From Mobula hypostoma (lineage: Eukaryota), in NCBI RefSeq assembly GCF_963921235.1, contig NC_086102.1, positions 155,000,001-155,064,000 of the forward strand: 64,000 nucleotides of DNA, written 5' to 3'. Below the pieces are notes generated by a model. The model was not told the DNA's origin, did not search any database, and worked only from the letters and a program-made list of their open reading frames with translations. This document shows positions 25,875 to 38,900 of this stretch, one piece after another. Position numbers and translations under genes: made by a program. How positions within the stretch are numbered: position 1 is the first letter of the stretch; every line of letters starts with the position of its first letter.

Positions 25875-28800
25875 CTCGAAGACCTTTGTTTGGTCAGGGG
25901 AAGTGAGGAGGTGATAGAGAGGATCTATAGGCAAATGGTCACAACGGGGCCTCAGGAGACAGATAAGTGGGTAACAGTCAGAAGATGGAAGGGCAAGAGT
26001 CAGATACTAGAGAGTACCCCTGTGGCTGTTCCCCTTAACAATAAGTACTCCTGTTTGAGTACTGTTGGGGGTATGTCCTACCTGGGGGGAAGCAACAGTG
26101 GCCGCACCTCTGGCACAGAGTCTGGCCCTGTGGCTCAGAAGGGTAGGGAAAGGAAGAAGGCAGCAGTAATAGGGGACTCTATAGTTAGGGAGTCAGACAG
26201 GCGACTCTGTGGACGCAGGAAAGAAACGTGGATGGTAGTTTGCCTCCCAGTTTCCAGGGTCCAGGATGTTTCTGATCACATCCACGATATCTTGAAGTGT
26301 GAAGGTGAACAGCCAGAGGTCTTGGTACATATTGGTACCAACGACATAGGTAGGAAAAGGGAGGAGGTCCTGAAAACAGACTACAGGGAGTTAGGAAGGC
26401 AGTAGAGAAGCAGGACCTCAAAGGTGGTAATCTTGGGATTACAGCCTGTGCCACGCGACAGTGAGTATAGGAATAGAATGAGGTGGAGGATAAATGCGTG
26501 GCAGAGGGATTGAAGCAGGGGGCAGGGATTCAGATTTCTGGATCATTGGGACCTCTTTTGGGGCAGGTGTGAGCTGTACAAAAAGGATGGGTTGCACCTG
26601 AACCCAAGGGGTCCAACATCCTGGTGGGGCGGTTTGCTAAGGCTGTTGAGGAGAGTTTAAACTAGAATTGCTGGGGGTTGGGAACCAAACTGAAGAGACG
26701 GAGGAAGGGACTGTTGGCTCACAAATAGAGAAAGCTTGGAGGCAGTGCGAGAGGGAGAATAGGCAGGTAATATAGAAGGGACACACTCAGACTGATGGTT
26801 TGAGATGTGTCTATTTTAATGCAAGAAGTATCATGAACAAAGCGGATGAGCTTAGAGCGTGGATCAGTACTTAGAGCTATGATGTGGTGGCTATTACAGA
26901 GACTTGGATGGCTCAGGGGCAGGGATGGTTACTTCAAGTGCCGGGCTTTAGATGTTTCAGAAAGGACAGGGAGGGAAGCAAAAGAGGTGGGGCATGGCAC
27001 TGCTGATCAGAGATAGTGTAACTGCTACAAAAAAAGGAAGAAGTCATGGAGGGATTGTCTACTGAGTCTTTGTGGGTGGAAGTTAGAAAGAGGAAGGGGT
27101 TAATAACTCTACTGAGTGTTTTTATAGACCACCAAATAGTAACAGGGATATTGAGGAGCAGATTTTAATTTCCCAAATATTGATTGGCATCTTCCTAGAG
27201 CAAGGGGTTTAGATGTGGTGGAGTTTGTTAGGTGTGTTCCGGAAGGTTTCCTGACACAATATGTAGATAAGCCTACAAAAGGAGAGGCTGTACTTGATCT
27301 GGTATTGGGAAATGAACTTGGTCAGGTGTCAGGTCTCTCAGTGTTTACCATAACACTGGAGAAGGATAGGAACAGATGAGTTAGGGAGGCATTTAACTGG
27401 AGTAAGGGGAAATATGAGGCTATCAGGCAGGAACTTGGAAGCATAAATTGGGAACAGATGTTCTCAGGGAAATGTACAGCAGAAATGTGGCAAATGTTCA
27501 GGGGATATTTATGATGATGATTATGAAGACACGTAGTCCTCTTTTATTGTCATTTAGTAACGCATGCATTAAGAAATGATACATTATTTCCTCCGGTGTG
27601 ATATCACAAAACACAGGACAAACCAAGACTAAAAAAACTGACAAAACCACATAATTATAACATATAGTTACAAACAGTGTAACAATACCATAACTTGATG
27701 AAGAAGTCCATGAGCACAGTAAAGTTCAAAGTTTCTCAAATGTCCCACATTTCACGCAGACGGGAGAAGGAAGAAAAACTCTCCCTGCCATGCCGACCAC
27801 AACCCGACTCTGAGTCATCCGAAAACTTCGAGCTCTGATCAGCTCTCCGACACCGAGTACTGAGCGCCATCTCTGTCCGAACGATTCGACCTCCTTCTCG
27901 GCTGTCAAAAGCAGGCAAGGCCGGAGATTTTGAGGCCTACCCTCTGAAAGATTCCGAACCACACAGTAAGGACAGCAGCAAACGGGCGTTTCAGAAATTT
28001 CTCCAGATGTTCCTCTGTGCTTTCACGTCCATTCTCCATCAAATCAGAATTGTCCACGGCCCCTATTTAACAGATACAATATCATTTTTCAGCGGAGAGC
28101 TGCGCACACGCGGGCGCGCTGCCACCTTCTCCTCCCTTCTTCTCCTTATGTGGCGTTCTGCATAGGTGCGTTCCAACGAGACAGGGAAAGGACGGTAGGG
28201 TACAGGAACCATGGTGTACAAAGGCTGTTGAAAATCTAGTCAAGAAGAAAAGAAAAGCTTACGAAAGGTTCAAAAAATTAGGTAATGATAGAGATCTGGA
28301 AGATTATAAGGCTAGCAGGAAGGAGTTTAAGAATGAAATTAGGAGAGCCAGAAGGGGCCATGAGATGGCCTTGGCGAGCAGGATTAAGGAAAACCCCAAG
28401 GCATTCTACAAGTATGCGAAGAGCAAGAGGATAGGACATGAGAGAATAGGACCAATCAAGTGTGACAGTGGAAAAGTGTATATAGAAGCAGAGGAGATAG
28501 CTGTGATATTTAATGAATACTTTGCTTCAGTATTCACTACGGAAAAGGACCTTGGCGATTGTAGAGATGACTTACAAAGGATTGAAAAGCTTGAGCATGT
28601 AGATATTAAGAAAGAGGATGTGCTGGAGCTTTTGGAAAGCATCAAGTTGGATAACTCTCTGGGACTGGATGAGATGTACCCCAGGCTACTGTGGGAAGTG
28701 AGGGAGGAGATTGCTGAGCCTCTGGCAATGATCTTTGCATCATCAATGGGGATGGGAGAGGTTCCAGAAGTTTGGAGGGTTGCAGCTGTTACTACCTTAT

Positions 28801-30206
28801 TCAAGAAAAGGGAGTAAAGATAGCCCAGAAATTATAGACCAGTGAGTCTTACTTCAGTGGTTGATAAGTTGATGGACAAGATCCTGAGAGGCAGGATTTA
28901 TGAACAGTTGGAAAGGCATAATATGATTAGGAATAGTCAGCATAGCTTTGTCAAAGGTAGGTCATGCCTTACGAGCCTGATTTTTGAAGATGTGACAAAA
29001 CACATTACTGAAGGTAGAGCAGTAGATGTAGTGTATATGGATTTCAGTAAGGCCTTTGATAAGGTCCCCCATGCAAGGCTTATTGAGAAAGTAAGGAGGT
29101 ATGACATCCAAGAGGACCTTACTTTGTGGATCCAGAATTGGCTTGCCCACAGAAGGCAAAGTGTGGTTGTAGACAGGTCATATTCAGCATGGAGGTCGGT
29201 GACCATTGGTGTGCCTCAGGGATCTGTTCTGGGACCCCTTCTCGTCCTGATTTTTATAAATGACCTGGATGAGGAAGTGGAGGGATAGGTTAGTAAAATT
29301 GCTGATGACACAAAGGTTCGGGGTATTGTGGATAGTGTTGGAGGGCTGTCAGAGGTTACAGTGGGACATCGATAGGATGCAAAACTGGGCTGAGAAATGG
29401 CAGATGGAGTTCAACCCAAATAAGTGTGAGGTTGTTCATTTTGGCAAGGGTCAAATATGATGGGAGAATGTAGCATTAATGGTAAGACTCTTGGCAGTGT
29501 GGAGGATCAGAAGGATCTTGGGGTCTGAGTCCATAGGACACTCGAAGCTGCTGTGCGGGTTGACTCTGCGGTTAAGAAGGCATACAGTAAATTGGCCTTT
29601 ATGAACCGTGGGATTGAGTTTAAGAGCCAAGAGGTAATGTTACAGCTATATACTGTAGGACCCTGGTCAGACCCCACTTGGAGTACTGTGCTCAGTTCTG
29701 GTCACCTCACTACAGGAAGAATGTGGAAACTATAGAAAGGGTGCAGAGGAGAATTACAAGGATGTTGCCTGGATTGGGGAGCATGCCTTATGAGAATTGG
29801 TTGAGTGAACTCGGCCTTTTCTCCTTGGAGTGGCAGAGGATGACAGGTGACCTGATAGAGGTGTATAAGATGATGAGAGGCATTGGTCATTTGGATAGTC
29901 AGAGGCATTTTCCCAAGGCTGAAATGGCTACCATGAGAGGGCACAGTTTTAAGATTCTTGGAAGCAGGTACAGAGGAGATGTCAGGGGTATGTTTTTTAT
30001 GCAGAGAATACTGAGTGTGTGGAATGGACTGCCAGCAACGGTGGTGACGGCGGATATGATAGGGTCTTTTAAGAGACTCCTGGAGAAGTACATGGAGCTT
30101 AGAAAAATAGAGGGCTATTTTCTAAAGTAAGTACATGTTCGGCACAGCATTGTGGGCCGAAGGGCTTGTATTGTGCTGTAGATTTTCTATGTTTCTATGT
30201 TTCTAT
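25875..30206 (+). mobile_element. Near full-length, decayed CR1 LINE (ORF1 SGNH esterase; ORF2 APE-RT)
   Basis: ORF1 motifs VIGDSIVR and PEVLVHIGTND. ORF2 motifs [38 protein letters not shown] and EYCAQFWSPHY. (ttctatgt)n tail; many stops and frameshifts. Confidence 0.92.
27514..28145 (-). mobile_element. CpG-rich non-autonomous retroelement nested in the CR1
   Basis: Interrupts CR1 ORF2 with ttatg on both sides. Minus-strand 3' end has aataaaa and a (cat)n tail; the 5' end is GC-rich. Confidence 0.65.
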
Positions 30207-30444
30207 CTAATAGAACTTGAGTTTTAAGGTAACTGCTTTCACTTTTAATATTGTTCCTATTAGAGATGAAGGATAAGCTCCCCATTTAAGGATGTGGATT
30301 GGAAACTTTGTAATGTACAAGAAAAATATAAGGCATTAGTCAGTGACTTTTGTATTTCCTGAAAAGCAGCAAGGAATAAATAGCAACACACATAAGAGTT
30401 GCTGGTGAACGCAGCTGGCCAGGCAGCATCTCTAGGAAGAGGTA

Positions 30445-30482
30445 CAGTTGACGTTTCAGGCCGAGATCCTTCGTCAGGACTA
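30445..30482 (-). ncRNA. Minimal hammerhead motif (core intact, first stem I pair mismatched)
   Basis: Minus strand reads TAGTC CTGACGA AGGATCTCGGCCT GAAACGTC AACTG. Confidence 0.65.
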
Positions 30483-31254
30483 ACTGAAAGAAGAGCTTGT
30501 AAGAAATTTGAAAGTGGGAGGGGGAGGGGGAGATCCAAAATGATAGGAGAATACAGGAGGGGGAGGGATGGAGCCAAGAGCTGGACAGTTGATTGGCAAA
30601 AGGGATATGAGAGAATCATGAGATGGGAGGCCCAGGGAGAAAGAAAGGGGGAGGGGGGAAGCTCAGAAGATGGGCAAGGAGTATAGTGAGAGGGACAGAG
30701 CGTAGGTGTTCAGCGAAACGGTCTCCCAGTCTGCGCTGTGTCTGTCCACCAGAGAAAGCAGGATCTCCCAGTGGCCACACATTTTAATTCCACATCCCAT
30801 TCCCATTCTGATATGTCTATCCACAGCCTCCTCTACTGTAAAGATGAAGCCACACTCAGGCTGGAGGAACAACACCTTATACTCTGTCTGGATAGCCTCC
30901 AACCTGATGGCATGAACATTGGCTTCTCTAACTTCCATTAATGCCCCTCCTCCTTCTCGTACCCCATCTGCTATTTATTTATGTTTTATTATATTTATAT
31001 ATATAGTTTTTTTGCTCTCTTTCCTTTTTCTCCCTCTGTCCCTCTCACTATACCCCTTGCCCATCCTCTGGGCTTTTCCCCCCCTCCCCCTTTACTTTCT
31101 CCCTGGGCCTCCTGTCCCATGATCCTCTCATATCCCTTTTGCCAATCACCTGTCCAGCTCTTGGCTCCATCCCACCCCTCCTGTCTTCTCCTATAATTTC
31201 AAATCTCCCCCTCCCCCTCCCACTTTCAAATCTCTTACTAGCTCTTCTTTCAGT

Positions 31255-31292
31255 TTGTCCTGACGAAGGGTCTCGGGCCAAAATGTCGACTG
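31255..31292 (+). ncRNA. Decayed hammerhead motif (GAAAC changed to AAAAT)
   Basis: TTGTC CTGACGA AGGGTCTCGGGCC AAAATGTC GACTG. Confidence 0.5.
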
Positions 31293-32304
31293 TACCTCTT
31301 CCTAGAGATGCTGCCTGGCCAGCTGCGTTCACCAGCAACTTTTATGTGTGTTGCTTAAAATTCTAGCATCTGCAAATTTCCTCGTGTTTGTGTTAAGGAA
31401 TAAATAGTTTAATTTTTTACATAATTTTTGATAAATAGTTTTAAAATCTATCCTCTGTAAAGATGCTGAGCAACCATAATTTTTCATTATTATGTGGTAC
31501 TGCAGGTTTCTGATAATTAACTGTGTTTGCACAAAAATAACGCAAGCCTGGTTTTGTGAAAATTTAAGTTCAGATCCAAGTATAGATCCAAGTTCATGTA
31601 ACTTGAAACTTGTGCTCTACATGAGCACACTACTCTTCACTTTGACAGCGTACACACAATTTATTAAGGCATTAATAGGCATCAATATTTGCTCTGATTC
31701 AGTTTAATGAAATAACTTAATCAGTAACATTTTTTGGGGGGTTGGGCTTATTGGTGGCAGTTTTACTCCATGACATTTATGTTGGTCAAACCTCTGCTAA
31801 GCTTCATTCAGTAGGAACATCAATCAGTCATTGTGTTCCTCAGGGAACTGATACATGCTGCCTTACTGATCCAAGAATGCTAGACTCTATCCAATTATAC
31901 ATACAACTGCCTTTTCTTTCAACGTTAGACTATCCACCCTTGTAGGCTTGCTTGTGAAAGCTTCCGGGCACCTGGTGACATTGAATACACAGTCCAGCCT
32001 GCTGGGTCCAACTTTCAAATAATGCAAGAACTGGGAAGCGTGATGAAAGATACATTTCCTTCATTTGCAGCCGGTTTATGTATAAATTCTGTCCCACCTA
32101 TTACATGTATTGGGGAAGTAGATCAGGATATAGCAATGTGAGGCTGACCACATCCTCTTGTTCATCACGTCAATCTGATACGCGCTGTCCAAAGCATGGA
32201 TAATGTCTGAGCAAAATGCTGAGGCTACACCATTTAGCTGGTTTAGCTAATACTCAGCAATGAAATTATGTTTTTTCATACTCTTGTAATTTTCCTTTTC
32301 TTAG

Positions 32305-32346
32305 GGCTTATTGGTGGCTACAATATTCTGCTTCTTCAATGGAGAG
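32305..32346 (+). CDS. calcrl: calcrl coding micro-exon, TM7
   Basis: Acceptor ttttcttag, donor gtattg; 42 nt, phase 0/0. Translates GLLVATIFCFFNGE. Confidence 0.95.
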
Positions 32347-33422
32347 GTATTGCATTGTTTTATATTCTACTTCTTTAGAAGAGTAATTAAGATGAAACCT
32401 TTGTGCCTATCCATTTCCCATTTCCTTATTTTTCCAACTGATTTTGCATATCATTTCCATTATAATGCCATTTAATCCTTTTAATCAGTGTAAGCGAGTT
32501 CTATCTGAAGAGATCCTTCGAGAAATTTATTTTTAGAAATCCCGCTTCCCAGGCATTATGAGCCTTTGGAAAACCAGTATTAGTCAGGAGTAACTAAACA
32601 TTTTGTATAGATACAGCATAGTTTTTATCTTCTGATGTGCTTATTTCATTAGGTAGTACTTAATTTTTCATGCGATGTCTGCTGTAGGTTATTTGATATG
32701 GTCTACAACACAGAAATGTTAAAGCGTTCTGATAATTCTATCATTGGGAGATAAATAAACACTGTAAAAATAATAAAATGGTTTGCATTCAGCTTACTAG
32801 GTACAACCCAAATAAACTATTTAATACAGTTTTTATGTAAACTTTGGACAAAATGCTTTTATGAAGTTAAAAGACATGTATAAAGTTCAACTCTCTTTGC
32901 TGAATAGCCATGAAATTATCATGCACAGTTGTTGTAGACAATTTAAAAAAATTGCCACCCTTAATTATAATGAATTATAACATTTGGCTGTATAAATCCT
33001 GGGGAATTTTAAAATCTAGAATATAAAGTTAATTTTCATGAAATCAAAACCTAAATTTTCCATCATTAGACAAAAAAATGAATTATTATGGAGATTTAAT
33101 GGAGAAAAGTTAGTCTTTCGTTGCCAGAGTTAAGTGGAATCATATTCATAGAATAACAATAAATATTCTATGACTAATATTTATCTATTTAGCAAAGATG
33201 AATTCCTCCCCTATTTTTCATGTTAAAACAATTCATAATATTAGGGAACCCATTGTGAAATACTTTGAAATGTTGTGGACAGAATTCAACTGCTCTGTTC
33301 TGTTCTGAAACAAATACTTAACCAATTGCTACCTGATTTATTCCATCAAAATTGCAAATGGAAAACTCTGGGCAGAAGTTGCCATGATAGAAATGATAAA
33401 TGTTGTTCCCTTCTCGTGATAG

Positions 33423-33644
33423 GTTCAAGGTATTTTAAGACGCCACTGGATGCAGTACAACATTCAGTTTGGAAACAGTCTTACTCACTCAGAAGGTCTA
33501 CGATCTACCTCTTGCACTGGAACATCTATCACGGAAGTCCATGGGAGCTTGTACAATCATGATCCCAGCAGCGAATATGCAAATGGAAAGAATTTTCATG
33601 ACATTGAAATCATTGGTGTGAAATCAGGCGAAATGAATACCTAA
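33423..33644 (+). CDS. calcrl: calcrl last coding exon, helix 8 and C-tail, ending in TAA
   Basis: Acceptor cgtgatag. Translates VQGILRRHWMQYNIQFGNSLTHSEGLRSTSCTGTSITEVHGSLYNHDPSSEYANGKNFHDIEIIGVKSGEMNT*, which resembles the CALCRL tail rather than the CALCR tail. Confidence 0.95.
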   Translation, partial: VQGILRRHWMQYNIQFGNSLTHSEGLRSTSCTGTSITEVHGSLYNHDPSSEYANGKNFHDIEIIGVKSGEMNT

Positions 33645-35560
33645 AGAAAATGAAGAGTGCTTGCCATTGATGTGGATTTCAATGACTACAAACTTTCTCC
33701 TTTCATTCCAGTGGAAGAGCTAATTCGATCTCCACTGAAAGTTATTTTCCTCATCAACCATCCTCTTGTTACTTCCCAATTATTTATTTCACCTCATGAA
33801 ATAAAAGTCGGAACAGATAAAACTATGGCCTGTGGCACTGTTGGAAGAAAGTCTCTTCCACTGAAATATGAGACTTGCAAATATTCTTGTATTCTGGGCT
33901 TCACACTAACAGCTGATATTATCTCACAAACCGTCAGGCAGCAAAGGTAGGTGCAATAGTTGATTCTAATTGATCAGAAGGTTGATCCTTGTCACATGGG
34001 TGAATTAATATTCTGATTACTGTACAATCATTCACTTGTGCCAACATTATTATATAGCTGATCAATTCCAATCTCTGTGTCTGGTGTAACTTCAACTGGT
34101 GAAGAATAAAATCTTCTTAACATTCCCTCAGGGTTGAGGCTCACTGCCCTAATGATATATTAATTTTATGTTTTCTATATTTTATATTAAAACAGCCTCT
34201 TATCATTATCATATAAGGAACCCCTTATAACATAGCTATCTTGCAGGATTGAACTTTTGAATTTCTTGATGCTGGAAAATAGAATAGTCTTCAATTATTA
34301 TCTCTTTTTTTCTCTGTAAATATGATTTGTGAAATTTTTGGTGTATTTATTGCCTGGTGAAGAAAAGTTGTAACAAAATGTGCAAAGTGTTCTTTTCACA
34401 TTTTGATCTTTCCTGATAGTGTGACTGTATTTCATATTTGACATGTGCAATGTGTGTTTGAGGTTATATGCCAAAAAGGGAATAAACCTTTGCTTTCTCA
34501 TGTGCCAAGTTTCTCACAGATTCCATCACAACTTGGAATCTTTCACTTCAATTCATCTGTAGGTGGAGAGAGAGGAGAATCTTTGAGGAAAATGAGGGAT
34601 TGATCTTCTTCAAGTTGGCGCTAATTAAAAATACATATTCTATTAGATTTTTTACATTTAAAAATAATTCCAAGCATAACAAAACAATGTGTAGCACCTA
34701 AAGCCACTATCTACTCACTAGATGATACAATATCCAGTGTAGATGCAGTTCCCTGGTTCATTAATTCTGTATTAGTGTTTCTTAGCACACATTGTTTAAT
34801 CCCACTCATTTGCTGCTTACCCTCAAATCTTTCTTGAAGATTCGTGGACTCTTTCGATGATACCTTCACTTTCATCATTACCTCTCTATCAGATTTTACT
34901 TCAAGAAACCAAACAATATGAAAAAAGTGAAATATGTTACATTAAAGAAGGTATATATAAATGCATATATATTTATACTGGCAATAACAGATTTTCCATT
35001 GAAATGGAGGATACTTTTAAAAAATGATTTATAAGAAATATTAAAAAGCAAAATTTCATATTTAATGGCAGAAATAATTCAGATTAATAAGTGGCACATT
35101 TGTCATAATTTCAACTATTTGACAGTTGGCATCTTCAGTTTCCAAACCACTAGATTTTTCCACTGTTGCACAATAGTTACCATATAGAAATGATCTTCTG
35201 TGAAAAATTTTGTCTGCTATAGAGATTAACTGTGGGGATCGAATTAATGAAACAATAGTGGACAGATTGTAAATCTTTGAGAAGGTTTCAGTTTAAAGCA
35301 TATTCTGTTTCTAAAATCTTTAAAATACAGTTTTCATCCAAACCAAAGTGGATCTTTTTTCTTGAACCTATTATGCTATATGAATTTCATAGCTTACTTT
35401 TGGCTGTTTTGATTTTCATGTTTATTAACATTTTCATTGAAATGCTTGTGACCACAGCTGAATGTTTCATTTAGTTACAAAGAGAATAATTTGTTAATCT
35501 TGTGTGATAATGAATATTACAGTCAAGTTCTTAATAAAAGAGTGCTTTCAGTATAACATA
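33645..35560 (+). other. calcrl: Probable calcrl 3' UTR with candidate polyadenylation signals
   Basis: AT-rich stretch after the stop with no recognisable repeats. AATAAA at 34105, 34481 and 35533; the last is followed by GT-rich sequence. The true 3' end cannot be determined. Confidence 0.5.
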
Positions 35561-35803
35561 TCTAAATGACATGCATGTGTGTCTAAATGTGATGGCAAAT
35601 CTGTGTTTTTGCAGGGTGCTATGACCATAACATTTTAAAGAATGATATAAAGTTGTTTTTTAAGTATTTGAGAAAATTAAGATAAAGTTATTCATGTCAT
35701 ATGAAAATATGTTGTTTTTTCATGGGTTGCAAAATGAACCATTAAAGCCAAATTTTCTAGTGAAATTTAGGATATTTTTAGAAAAACAGTAGCAATAGTG
35801 TGC

Positions 35804-35932
35804 AAACAAGAGAAAATCTGCATATGCTGGAAATCCAAGCACCACACTCAAAATGCTGGAGGAACTCAGCAGGCCAGGCAGCATCTATAGAGAAAAGTAC
35901 AGTTGACGTTTTGGGCTGAGATCCTTCGACAG
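35804..35932 (-). mobile_element. Short PLE terminal fragment with a decayed hammerhead
   Basis: Minus strand CTGTCGA AGGATCTCAGCCC AAAACGTC AACTG plus the shared terminus. A similar + strand remnant lies at about 37068-37191. Confidence 0.6.
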
Positions 35933-38900
35933 TATGTTTTAAATTTGCCTCATGCAATGATATTCATAATCTTTTCTGTGATATAGTCCGATAATGAAGA
36001 GACAGATTGTTTGCAAAAGAATCCTAATCTTTTGTGACGGTACTTACAATTTGATCATTTTAATGCCCTACACTCTTCAAATTCAGCAGCCAAACTTACT
36101 TTGAGCCTGGCTATGCTCAATCACTTTGGCTGACATATGAATAACATAGCCTAGATGAGAGAGCTGGAAATGAAAAATCGATCCTTGTAAGCTTATCCTC
36201 AGGGTATCTGGAATGACATAATAGAATGCTGAAATTTGAGCAAAGCCATTGTTTTCGATTCCATTCTTTTTTTTTTACTGAGAATTATAAAAGATCCCTG
36301 CAGGGCTAGGATAAATTGTCCATTCACAATCGCCCCAAAAAGTTGATGTTGAAACACTTTATTAAGCCACTGCAGTCCCCACAATGAGAATGTTCTCATG
36401 CTGTTGGTAGTGTATCTAATTTCTGACCAAAGAACAATGACAAGAAGATAGATATGGCTATGATTCCATACCATGTTGCCGTACTTTACATGGCAGTAGA
36501 GGTAAGTATTTGGGACATGCCATGAAGAAGTCTTGGAAATGGGTCACATGGACAGTACCTTGCCCACTGGGTGTCACTGGTGGAGGGAATCAGGACTATC
36601 AATTTTTGCAGTCAAGTGAAAAATATTGTCCTGGATGGTGATGAGCGTCTTAAATGGTGGATTGACACTACTCTAGACAAGAAGAAAGGAGAAGCTGTCA
36701 AGTCAGGAGGTGAGTCTATCCAGCCTCTGACCTGGTGGACTTGTAGTCACAGTATTTATACTACTATCACAGATCTTTATTAATATTGCACAAGCGACAA
36801 GTAAGCAGCATGAAATGACTTCTAAATTATGTCTTGACTGCAAACTGAGATTAAAAAATTACAGAAATTACTTTCTCAATGATTGTAAACAGCAAGCATT
36901 GTGAATGTACATAAATTGCTTACTCTCTCCTTTGTAGACAGCACAGAACATATTTTTATATCTGCTGACTTCAGTGTAGACTTGTAGAAAACACGAATCG
37001 AGTGCAATGAAATGAATGGTTTGCATGGAAATATTAAACGTACATATCAATTAAAAATGGTACTGTGTAGGATCTCAGTCCAAGATGCTAACTGTTTATT
37101 CCTGTGCATAGGTACTGCCTGACTTGCTGAGTTCCATCAGCATTTTAAATGTTTTACTCTGGACTTGCAGCATCTGCAGAATCTCATGTTTATCAATTAA
37201 AAATGTTAATATTCAAGTTTAATAGGCAGTTCTTTCACAAAATCAGGGTGTTCTACATTCTTCATATATCTATATATCAATACATATGTTGTTTATCTAG
37301 CTGGAACTCTTTTTGTGTGCATCTCTATTCACATGGGTTCAGAATAGCAATAATGAATTATTTTGTAAGCATTGCATCATCCATTTTATATATGATAATC
37401 CATGATATATTAATCAATGTGCTATTGATGTTTGTGCAGGCAAAAATCTATTAAATTACTTAGAATTTAAAGCCTTGTCCCTTTCGCGTACAGTCACATG
37501 TAATGCAGTTCTTCCATAACACATGTAAAGGATTGTCTTCACATAGAAATTCAAAGTGTATGTGTTGGATTATATCTCCATGAAATTAAAGTGGTGCATT
37601 TTTCTTACTTTTATTAGGCAGAAAGGTGCTATTTTCTGTACATCAATATCTCATCCATTGCTGTAGATTATTTACATTTTTCACCAGTCTTAAGGTTATC
37701 TAACAGAGTTTATAATTGTCAAAAAGCTGTAAAAAGAAATGGTCATGACTTCCACCACTTAGCAATTTTGATGCACAGATGAATGCCTTTGTGTCTGTGA
37801 TGCTGCTGCAAAGAAGTTAATCTTTGCACCTGTGCGTACTTGTACTTGTGCATGTGACAATGAGCACGACTTGGATTTCAGCATCACTGACACTGTCCGC
37901 CAAAGTTGCACACTGCCAATATAAGGACTGGAACATCCCACTGGAACACCATGCCAATCAGAAAATGGGCAAACAGGCCAGTGAGTGCTGGCACTAGAAT
38001 CATGACGGTTGAACCTTAAATACAGTAATTCCTAAAAATAAGACCCTGAACTATTATTATGTTAAAGCATTATTATTTCATTGTGCTTTTACCAACAATT
38101 ATGAGCCGTTCAATAATTTGCTACGTTCATTGTGGTTCTGCAAACCATTCTATAAAAAGTGTTAAGCTTAAATATGCTTTTTGCAATACCATGACTTATT
38201 TCACCTTGACATCACCCTACATAATCTAATATTTGTGGATTGCATTTGATCTTCGTGCTTTCAACTTTTCTCTGCACTCAATAGGGCAGATAAAATAGGG
38301 CCTTCTAAGAGACTCTTAGATAGGTACATGAAGCTTAGAAAAATAGAGGGCTACGCACTAGGGAAATTCTAGGCAGTTTCTAGAGTAGGTTACATGGTCG
38401 GCACAACTTGGTGGGCTGTAGATTTCTAAGTTTCTATGTTTCTAAATGTTAAGCATTCCGAATATGAATGTATAAAAAGATATAGTATATGGTTCAAGAT
38501 ATTTAAATTTAACAAATGGCCATGATTTATGCTCACCAACATTTTTGCCATAGCATATTGAAATAATTTTAACTGCAATGGCTACATTACACCTGACCGT
38601 ATTGACAGTCATTACAAAATATTCCTGAGCTCAGGGTACTTTTACTTGCTAATTTTAGTATCCAAAGCTTAGGATAAGATAAAAGTATTATTAAGATATT
38701 TACACTGAGCATGGTTCAATTTTTGGAACTGTGCTATAAATTACTTGAAGGACTTCTTTCGTTCTATATTTAAATGCATAGCAGGCTCTTTCGCTATCTG
38801 CAGACCCAGTTCCAAAAGAGTGGCCTTGGCAACATGAAATGAAATAAAATTTCAATGGAATTTGTTTGTCAATAAAGAACCAGTGTTAGAAAATAAGATG

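Larger units (their letters stand above)
30384..31394. mobile_element. Second fold-back PLE 3'-end insertion
   Basis: Arms at about 30382-30700 and 31034-31355; the spacer holds GIY-YIG C-terminal sequence. 13-bp TSD aaggaataaatag at 30371-30383 and 31395-31407. Confidence 0.9.

Noticed and set aside
30184-30206. Short tandem repeats (ttctatgt)n, (cacaagat)n, (attga)n and (atgact)n as independent satellites
   Set aside because: They are ordinary LINE 3' tails.
1323-33644. Calling the gene CALCR (calcitonin receptor)
   Set aside because: [32 protein letters not shown] and the NS..HSE.LRS C-tail fit CALCRL as I recall it; a phylogeny would confirm.
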